From Candidatus Aminicenantes bacterium (lineage in GTDB: Bacteria; Acidobacteriota; Aminicenantia; Aminicenantales; UBA4085), in the NCBI GenBank assembly GCA_030691735.1, contig JAUYDS010000079.1, forward strand, positions 905 to 64,904: a DNA stretch of 64,000 nt, written 5' to 3'. A program made the position numbers and the translations under genes. Each line of letters starts with the position of its first letter. Positions within the stretch are counted from its first letter, which is position 1. Below the pieces are notes generated by a model. It searched no databases. It was not told where the DNA came from and saw nothing but the letters and a program-made list of their open reading frames with translations. Shown piece by piece: positions 57,578 to 64,000 of this stretch.

Positions 57578-60198
57578 GAGGACAGAACCAAGTGGCCTCC
57601 CGATCGCCGGGATCGGGCCGGAAATTCCTCCTGGACGGGAAGGCCGTCGAGGCCGCGGAGGGCCGGACCATCCTGCAGGCCGCTCTCGCCGCCGGGATCT
57701 ATATTCCCCATCTCTGCCATCATCCGGACCTGCCGCCCTTCGAGACGATTCCCCCCCTGGAGACATGCTACCGGGGTTCCGAGGTTTTCCGTTCGGCAGG
57801 GCGCGGTCACACTTATACGGGCTGCGGGCTCTGCTTGGTCAAGATCTCCGGTCGCGAGGAGCCGGTCCTCTCCTGCACGCACGTCGCCGAGGACGGGATC
57901 GAGGTTGTGACCTCGACCCCGGAGATCGCGTCCGCTCGTCAGAAAAAACTGGCCGCGCTGATGATCCGCCATCCGCACGCTTGTCTGACCTGCGCCCAGC
58001 GGGAAGGATGCAGCTTGACCCAGTGCTCGTCCAACGTCCCCGAGGCGGAGAGGTGCTGTCCCCGGTTCGATCATTGTGAGCTGAGAAGCCTGGCCGAGTA
58101 CGTCGGCCTCAGCCAGGACCTTTCCCGATATCGTTTCCGCGGTGAGGTCGCGGAAATGCAAGGGCCCCTCTTTATCCGGGACTACAACCTCTGCGTCGGC
58201 TGCCTGCGGTGCGTCCGGGTCTGCGAATCCGTGATCGGCGCCAAGGCCTTGGGGTACGTATCGGCCGCGGACGGAGAGATTATGGTGGGCGCCTCGAAGC
58301 CTTCCTGGGATGAGGCGGGGTGCCGGTCCTGCGGCGCGTGCGTCGAGGTTTGCCCGACCGGCGCGCTGCGCGATAAAAACCTCAAGCCCGGCGACCGGAA
58401 AGCGTCTCTAATCGCCTGCGTCTCCGGCTGCCCCTTGGCCATGGATGTCCCCTCCTATCTGAACTTCATCGCTCAGGGCAGACCGGCAGAAGCGGCGGCC
58501 GTCATCCGGCGGAGCGTTCCACTCGCCCTGACGCTTGGATACATCTGCTCCCATCCCTGCATGACCGAATGCCGCCGGGGGAAGATCGATGAGTCCATCG
58601 CCATCTGCGAGCTCAAGAGGTTCGCCCTGGAGCAAGCAGACTCGCCGGTCAAGGGACGAGCCTTCGCGACGGAAGTGGACCCCCGGGCAAAGCCCGGGGC
58701 CCCGGCCGCCGTGGAAAAGGCGGAACGCAAGCCGACGGGAAAGAAGGTCGCCGTCATCGGAGGGGGACCGGCCGGCCTCGTGGCCGCTTCTTATCTGGCG
58801 AATGGCGGCCACTCCATCAAGGTCTTTGAAGCGAGTTCGGAGCCGGGAGGAATGCTGCGCTGGGCGATCCCCGAATACCGGCTCCCGCGGAGCGTCGTCG
58901 CTGGAGAGATCGAACTTGTCAAGGCTCAGGGGGTCGAGATTCTGACCGGGGCACGGGTTGACAGAGAGACGTTCCTCAGGGATTTCGGCCCCGGCTCCTG
59001 GGACGCGGTTTTTCTCGCGGTCGGCGCTCAGGAGAGCAGAGGGATCGACATCGAAGGTCAAGACCTGGAGGAAGTCGGTAAGGGGGTGGAGTTTCTCCGG
59101 GAGGCCAAAGCGGGAACGATCGAGAAAATCAGCGGAAGAGTCGTGGTCATCGGCGGGGGAAACGTCGCCCTGGACGCGGCCATGACGGCCCTCCGGCTCG
59201 GAGCTTCCACTGTCGAGCTGGCCTGCTTAGAAAGCCGGGACGAGATGCCGGCGTTCGCTTGGGATGTCCGGGAAGCCGAGGAGGACGGGGTAGTGCTGAA
59301 TCCAGGTTGGGGGCCCTCCCGGATCGTCGGACGGGAAGGCCGGGCCGCCGCGGTCGAGCTTATCGGTTGTGTTTCGGTCTTCGATGAACAAGGAAATTTC
59401 CGCCCGAAATTCGATCCCGCTCGACGGAAGACTCTCCCGGCCGATCGCGTCGTCTTGGCCGTCGGGCAGCGGCCCGATCTTTCGTTTCTTCCTCCGGATC
59501 TGGGAGTCCGGTTGACGAAGGCGGGGACAATCCAGGTCAGCCCCCTGAATCTCCAAACGAGCGTGCCTTGGATCTTCGCCGGAGGCGAGGTTACTCTCGG
59601 ACCGTCCTCGGCCGTGGAATCCATGGCCTTGGGACGGCAGGCCGCCTCGTCGATCGATCGTTTCTTGGGAGGTGAGGGGCTGGGCTCGGCGCCGAACGGG
59701 GCCGGGAAGGCCGGCCGGGGAGACCTGTGGCTGGGCCATGATCCCGGTTTCGGCTCGAGGCGCAGAGTGCCCAGCCGCCGCCTCCTTCGAGCGGAACGCC
59801 TGAAATCTTTCGACCTCGTCCAGGGAAGCTATGAGCCGGACGAGGCCCGCCGGGAAGCAGGCCGGTGCTTGAGGTGCGAACTCAGGTTCGCCCTTTCGCC
59901 CGTCTGCCTTCCTCCTGAAAAATGGATAGAGTTCCGCCTGGATTCGATGTCCGAGGTTCCCGAAGTGGAGGGCGTTTTTCAGCTTTCAGATGAGCGGAGA
60001 AACGTGATTTTCATCGCCGGAACGCCCAACCTCAGGCGGACCCTTCTCGAACACCTGTCCGCCGGTTCGGAAGCCCATTATTTTCTCTATGAAAAGAACC
60101 CGATGTTCACCAAAAGGGAAAGCGAATGGATTCAGCAGTTCCTTCAGAAACACGGCCGCCTTCCGCCGAAGAACGAAGAGGTCGACGAGTTGTTCTAG
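57574..60198 (+). CDS. Fused Fe-S / FAD-NAD(P)H oxidoreductase (NuoG-like 2Fe-2S and 4Fe-4S N-terminus, GltD/SudA-like C-terminus); candidate ferredoxin-regenerating BzdV-like enzyme; GTG start
   Basis: The N-terminus has 2Fe-2S fer2_4 (CHHPDL...CGLCLV) and several CxxCxxCxxxCP motifs. The C-terminus has KKVAVIGGGPAGLVAASYLA and a pyridine-nucleotide disulfide oxidoreductase fold. The linker contains repeat copy E in-frame. Confidence 0.7.
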   Translation: MRGQNQVASRSPGSGRKFLLDGKAVEAAEGRTILQAALAAGIYIPHLCHHPDLPPFETIPPLETCYRGSEVFRSAGRGHTYTGCGLCLVKISGREEPVLSCTHVAEDGIEVVTSTPEIASARQKKLAALMIRHPHACLTCAQREGCSLTQCSSNVPEAERCCPRFDHCELRSLAEYVGLSQDLSRYRFRGEVAEMQGPLFIRDYNLCVGCLRCVRVCESVIGAKALGYVSAADGEIMVGASKPSWDEAGCRSCGACVEVCPTGALRDKNLKPGDRKASLIACVSGCPLAMDVPSYLNFIAQGRPAEAAAVIRRSVPLALTLGYICSHPCMTECRRGKIDESIAICELKRFALEQADSPVKGRAFATEVDPRAKPGAPAAVEKAERKPTGKKVAVIGGGPAGLVAASYLANGGHSIKVFEASSEPGGMLRWAIPEYRLPRSVVAGEIELVKAQGVEILTGARVDRETFLRDFGPGSWDAVFLAVGAQESRGIDIEGQDLEEVGKGVEFLREAKAGTIEKISGRVVVIGGGNVALDAAMTALRLGASTVELACLESRDEMPAFAWDVREAEEDGVVLNPGWGPSRIVGREGRAAAVELIGCVSVFDEQGNFRPKFDPARRKTLPADRVVLAVGQRPDLSFLPPDLGVRLTKAGTIQVSPLNLQTSVPWIFAGGEVTLGPSSAVESMALGRQAASSIDRFLGGEGLGSAPNGAGKAGRGDLWLGHDPGFGSRRRVPSRRLLRAERLKSFDLVQGSYEPDEARREAGRCLRCELRFALSPVCLPPEKWIEFRLDSMSEVPEVEGVFQLSDERRNVIFIAGTPNLRRTLLEHLSAGSEAHYFLYEKNPMFTKRESEWIQQFLQKHGRLPPKNEEVDELF
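58648..58713 (+). repeat. GC-rich palindromic mini-element, short form (copy E), in-frame inside the BzdV-like gene
   Basis: GTCAAGGGACGAGCCTTCGCGACGGAAGTGGACCCCCGGGCAAAGCCCGGGGCCCCGGCCGCCGTGG is translated as [22 protein letters not shown]. Confidence 0.8.
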
Positions 60199-60201
60199 GA
60201 A

Positions 60202-61224
60202 CTACATCGTGACGATGGCCCGGATGAGCGATTCTTCTCCGGCCCGGAGAAGGGCAAAGGCGTCGTTGATGCGCTCCAGGGGAAAGGAATGGGTCACCAG
60301 CTCATCAACCTTGATTTTTCCCATTCGGACGAGCTCCAGGAGTCTGGGATAAAGGTACGGCGGGCAGCCCAGGGTCCCCGCGATTTCCAATTCCCGAAAC
60401 ATGATCCGGCCGGCATTGAAGGTGACATTCTGGTCGGAGTAGCCCATGATCAAAAGCTTGCCGCCTGTCCTCAATACCGAGAAGGCGGTTTGCATGATGG
60501 AGGGATTCCCGACCGCGTCGACCGCCACATGGACGCCGCCGCCGCTCAGTTTTCTTATCTTTTTGGCGATATCCTCGCTGGGGGTCAGGACCTCGTCGGC
60601 CCCGAAATTTTTCGCGAATTCCAGTTTTTTGGGGATCACATCGACGCCGATGACGAAAGCGCCGAGGGCCTTGGCGACCTGGACGGCATTCAATCCCAGT
60701 CCTCCGCAGCCGAAGACCGCGACCTTGTCCCCCGGCCTGACCCTTCCCCTGTTCAAAAGGGCGTGGAAAGGCGTCGAGACTGCGTCCGAAATAACGCTTC
60801 CCTTCTCGATGTCGATTTCGGGGGGCAGGGGAATGACGTCCTTGGCCGGCGCGACCACGTATTCGGCATAGGCTCCGTGGACGTGGTTTCCGAGCATGAT
60901 CATGTTGGCGCAGATGTTTTCTCGTCCCGTCCTGCACATTTCACAGGCGCCGCAGGTGAAGACGGGGGGGACGAGCACTCGGTCCCCCTGCCCGAAGCCG
61001 CGGACACCTTCGCCCAGGGATTCGATCGTCCCCGAGACCTCGTGGCCGAGGATGATGGGGGGGGTCTTGAAGGTAGGCACGCCGTGGTCGATATAATGCA
61101 GGTCCGTATGGCAGACCCCGCAGGCGCGGACCTTGACCAAGACCTCTCCCCTCCCGGGGGAAGGGACGTTCACATCTTCGATTCTCAAAGGTTGTTGGGG
61201 TCCGTAAAAAAGCGCCGCTTTCAT
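60202..61224 (-). CDS. Zinc-dependent medium-chain alcohol dehydrogenase (candidate 6-hydroxycyclohex-1-ene-1-carbonyl-CoA dehydrogenase, Had/BzdX-like)
   Basis: The catalytic-zinc motifs GVCHTDLH and GHEVSG, the structural-zinc Cys cluster CGACEMC and the Rossmann motif GCGGLG are present. Confidence 0.75.
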   Translation of the reverse strand: MKAALFYGPQQPLRIEDVNVPSPGRGEVLVKVRACGVCHTDLHYIDHGVPTFKTPPIILGHEVSGTIESLGEGVRGFGQGDRVLVPPVFTCGACEMCRTGRENICANMIMLGNHVHGAYAEYVVAPAKDVIPLPPEIDIEKGSVISDAVSTPFHALLNRGRVRPGDKVAVFGCGGLGLNAVQVAKALGAFVIGVDVIPKKLEFAKNFGADEVLTPSEDIAKKIRKLSGGGVHVAVDAVGNPSIMQTAFSVLRTGGKLLIMGYSDQNVTFNAGRIMFRELEIAGTLGCPPYLYPRLLELVRMGKIKVDELVTHSFPLERINDAFALLRAGEESLIRAIVTM

Positions 61225-61243
61225 GATGCCTCCTTTTGGGGGA

Positions 61244-61990
61244 TTATCGATTTTTCCAGGTCGGCTTACGTTTTTCGAGAAAGGCGGTGAGCCCCTCGAG
61301 GGCGTCTTCCGTCTTCATCAATTCGTCGAGATAAATGCGGTTCACGGTCTCGAGGTTGTCTTTAAGCTTAGGCAAGTGGACGTGAGACGCTTTTTTGGCA
61401 AGGCGGACGGCCGCGGAGCTCAACTTCGTCAAAGGGAGAAGGAATTGGTGGGCCCTCTCGAAGAGGATATCCCTCTCGAAGGTTCGATTGACGATGCCGA
61501 GGCGTTCCAGCTCTTCGGCCTTGACGCTCTCGCCGGAAAAGATGATGTGATTCGAGATTTTGGAGGGGAAAAGAACGGGATACAGGGCGCAGGCCGCCGG
61601 GGGAAAGACCCCGAGCTTGATTTCCGGCTGCCCGAAATCCGCGCCCTTTTCGGCCAGGAGCAGGTCGGAGCAAAAGGCGATTTCGCAGCCGCCGCCGAAC
61701 GCTCCGCCGTGGACGACGGAGACCACGAGACCTGGAAATTCGAAGAATCCTAAGATGAGCTCGGAGAAAAGGCGGATCATCTCTTCGACCTTGTCCGGAA
61801 GATGGTCCTTGACATCGAGCCCGGCGCAGAACATCTTTCCGCTTCCCTTCAGAACGGCGACCTTGACCCGGCTGTCGCGGGCGAAGATCCTCGCCAAATC
61901 CCGGAGGGTCTCCGCCTTGAGGACATTGACCGGAGGAGCGTTGAAGTCGAGATAGAGGATGCCGTCTTTTTCTTCCCGCAGCAGGGTCAT
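61244..61990 (-). CDS. Enoyl-CoA hydratase/crotonase family (candidate cyclohexa-1,5-dienecarbonyl-CoA hydratase, Dch/BzdW-like)
   Basis: The 248-aa crotonase fold with VVHGGAFGGGCEIAFCSDL is present. Confidence 0.7.
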   Translation of the reverse strand: MTLLREEKDGILYLDFNAPPVNVLKAETLRDLARIFARDSRVKVAVLKGSGKMFCAGLDVKDHLPDKVEEMIRLFSELILGFFEFPGLVVSVVHGGAFGGGCEIAFCSDLLLAEKGADFGQPEIKLGVFPPAACALYPVLFPSKISNHIIFSGESVKAEELERLGIVNRTFERDILFERAHQFLLPLTKLSSAAVRLAKKASHVHLPKLKDNLETVNRIYLDELMKTEDALEGLTAFLEKRKPTWKNR

Positions 61991-62949
61991 GGAGCGCCTC
62001 CTTTTGTTTTATTGGCCGCATTCTTTTCCAGCCCTTTGATCACCGCCGTGATCATCCTGTTGTAGAAAACCGGAAGCCCCAATCGGCTTCCGTATTCGGC
62101 GATCCGGCCGTTCATGAAGTCTATCTCAGTACTCTCTCCCCTTTCAATATCCAGGAGCATCGAAGGCTTGTGATACCCGCCTTTTTCGAGATAGGACAAG
62201 CAGTGTTCAAAGAAATTATCGGCCAGAGGAATGCCGACGCCTCGGGCCACGCCGATGCTTTCATGGAGCAGGTTCTCGACCATTTCCCGGAGCAGAGAGA
62301 AATCCATGACCTCTTTCATGGTCAGCCCGGTTGCCGCTGAAATCGGGGCCAGACCGGCGTTCAAAATAGCCTTTTCCCATTCGGGCTTTTTGATGTCTTC
62401 CGTGAAGAGGGTCTCAATGCCGGCGGCGGAGAGGATGGCCGCCAGATCGCGTCCCGCGGACCCGTTTTTTTTGTCCAGGGCGCCGAGATAATTGGGCCGG
62501 TGGAAAAACGTGATCTCGGCCTCGGTGTCCGAATTCATCATGCCGGCAAAATTGTTGATGTTGCGGAAGACGCGCTCGAATCCGAAGAGCTCCGCGAGAT
62601 TGTCCTCATTGTCCAGCCCGTTTTGGAAGATGATGAGTTTGGGGGGAGGAGAAGACATGGCCAGGAGCTCGGCGGCCACGTGTTGGAGACTGTACGTTTT
62701 CGTGCATATGAAAACATAATCCAAGTCGGGCGGGAGGTCCTTGGCCGAGAACAGGATCTTGTCGGCGCAAACGGCCAAGTCCCCGCTGATCTGCCGTCTC
62801 GGATCTCGGACGGTCAGGCCCTCTTTTTGAAGGGCCAACAGCCGATCTTTCCGAACATCCACAAGAAAGACGTCATGCCCGGCCTTGATGAGATGAGCGC
62901 CCAAAATGCTCCCCATAGGCCCGATCCCGATTACGGCGATTTTTCCCAT
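61987..62949 (-). CDS. 2-dehydropantoate 2-reductase (ApbA/PanE) family oxidoreductase
   Basis: The N-terminal Rossmann motif MGKIAVIGIGPMGSILGAHL and the ApbA C-domain are present. Confidence 0.7.
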   Translation of the reverse strand: MGKIAVIGIGPMGSILGAHLIKAGHDVFLVDVRKDRLLALQKEGLTVRDPRRQISGDLAVCADKILFSAKDLPPDLDYVFICTKTYSLQHVAAELLAMSSPPPKLIIFQNGLDNEDNLAELFGFERVFRNINNFAGMMNSDTEAEITFFHRPNYLGALDKKNGSAGRDLAAILSAAGIETLFTEDIKKPEWEKAILNAGLAPISAATGLTMKEVMDFSLLREMVENLLHESIGVARGVGIPLADNFFEHCLSYLEKGGYHKPSMLLDIERGESTEIDFMNGRIAEYGSRLGLPVFYNRMITAVIKGLEKNAANKTKGGAP

Positions 62950-62973
62950 TAGGCTCTCCTTATGTTCACGACT

Positions 62974-63999
62974 TTACAGGGCCGCCTTTATTCGGGCATC
63001 AACGACGGTCGCGCCCTTCCCTTTCTCGAAAACCAGGACGGGGTTCAAATCCAGCTCGTCGATCCAAGGGATGTCCGTGCCGAGCTGGGAGAGCCGCATC
63101 ATCATCTCGGCCAGGGCCTCGATATCCCGAGGGCCCTCCCCGCGCACTCCTTCGAGAAGGCGGTAGGTCTTGATTGACCGAATCATCTCGAGGACGTCTT
63201 GCTCGGACAGCGGAGTGAGCCGGAACTGGACGTCCCGGAGCGTCTCGACGAATACCCCGCCCAGGCCGAACATCATCGTCGGGGCCAGCCCTTTGTTTCC
63301 TTTGAGGCCCACGATCATTTCTTGTCCGGCCTCCGCATATGCCTGGAGAACATAGCCCGGCTTCTGTGGGGCGAAAGTTTTGGTCATCTTGGCGAAAGCC
63401 GCCAGGAGTTCGGCCTTATTTTTCAGGTTGAGGGCGACCCCCCCCGCCTCGGTCTTGTGGATGATCTCCTCGGAATCCACTTTCAAGACCAGGGGAAAGC
63501 CGATTTTTCCGGCCGCCTTCTCCAGATCATCTTCCCTCTCCACCCGGAGCGTCTTCACCCCCCGGATTCCATAGGACTCCAGGATTTGGAAGACCTCATC
63601 CTGCCGCAGGAATCCTTTTTTCCCCTTGTTCCGCTCGAAGATTTTTTCGGCCATTGGCTTTTCGACTTTGAATCGGACATGGGAGGGGGCTTCCCGCAGG
63701 AGGAACTTCCCGTATTGAGTCATGGTTCCGAGAACCCTGGCCGCCGACTCCGCGTAGTCATAGACAGGGATTCCGCTTTCCCGGATGAGGCGGATGACCT
63801 CGGCCCATTTCTCGATGGTGATTACCTGACAGACGATGGGCTTCGTCGCGGTCCGGCCCAGCTCTCCCAGCCGGCGGGCGATTCCCTCGCAATCGACGAA
63901 GGGCGCGGTGACGAAGACAAGGAGCAGGGAATCGATATTCGCATCCTCGAGCAGCGCCGCGACCGTGCCCCCATACTGATCCGGGCCGGCCGTGGCCAC
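62974..63999 (-). CDS. NDP-forming acyl-CoA synthetase (ATP-grasp plus CoA-ligase domains), C-terminal part; the N-terminus lies beyond the window end
   Basis: An ATP-grasp_5 domain (GFPLVLKVDSEEIIHKTEAGGVALNL) and a succinyl-CoA synthetase-like flavodoxin domain are present. The ORF is open at 63999. Confidence 0.65.
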   Translation of the reverse strand: MATAGPDQYGGTVAALLEDANIDSLLLVFVTAPFVDCEGIARRLGELGRTATKPIVCQVITIEKWAEVIRLIRESGIPVYDYAESAARVLGTMTQYGKFLLREAPSHVRFKVEKPMAEKIFERNKGKKGFLRQDEVFQILESYGIRGVKTLRVEREDDLEKAAGKIGFPLVLKVDSEEIIHKTEAGGVALNLKNKAELLAAFAKMTKTFAPQKPGYVLQAYAEAGQEMIVGLKGNKGLAPTMMFGLGGVFVETLRDVQFRLTPLSEQDVLEMIRSIKTYRLLEGVRGEGPRDIEALAEMMMRLSQLGTDIPWIDELDLNPVLVFEKGKGATVVDARIKAAL

Positions 64000-64000
64000 G

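Overview
The window is a roughly 64 kb, high-GC bacterial chromosomal segment containing about 50 supportable genes.

The 5' third carries cell-envelope and stress genes. These include a C39-like peptidase/TPR protein, a 2840-aa cyclic beta-1,2-glucan synthase (Cgs/NdvB-type), an adjacent GT-C membrane glycosyltransferase, and a lon-hsp20 heat-shock pair. They are followed by nrdR, tRNA-Gln(CTG), a MinD-like ATPase paired with a J-like/HTH_25 protein, a PurF homologue, a CDF transporter, and two M16 peptidases.

The middle section is a translationally coupled, partly Tat-secreted periplasmic operon (bicupin, cupin/SMP-30, DUF362, BASS transporter, ThuA), an intact IS200/IS605 element, and a perfect consensus sigma70 promoter.

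The 3' half is an anaerobic aromatic (benzoyl-CoA) degradation island. It contains bamA/oah, with the QYNSYTT and GQEIGM marker motifs present. It also has a beta-oxidation-like gene set with three thiolases, a fused-subunit molybdenum hydroxylase, and an Azoarcus-type class I benzoyl-CoA reductase module (bzdNOPQ-like, ferredoxin, fused Fe-S/GltD-like ferredoxin:NAD(P)H oxidoreductase). It ends with had/dch-like genes and a partial NDP-forming acyl-CoA synthetase.

The most unusual signal is a family of GC-rich palindromic mini-elements in five same-orientation copies of 66 to about 205 bp. Three copies sit in-frame within coding regions (cgs, the bzdV-like gene, and the alternative TTG N-terminus of an ATPase) without breaking the reading frame, resembling Rickettsia-type palindromic elements.

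Other signals include two copies of a 47-bp perfect-palindrome terminator element, a 35-bp inverted repeat pair flanking about 13 kb, a 30-bp perfect palindromic operator in front of an HTH-GNAT regulator, a PurF homologue lacking the Cys1 nucleophile, and a low-GC islet at 1.5-2.2 kb.

All calls come from reading the ORF translations and the DNA directly; no database search was run.
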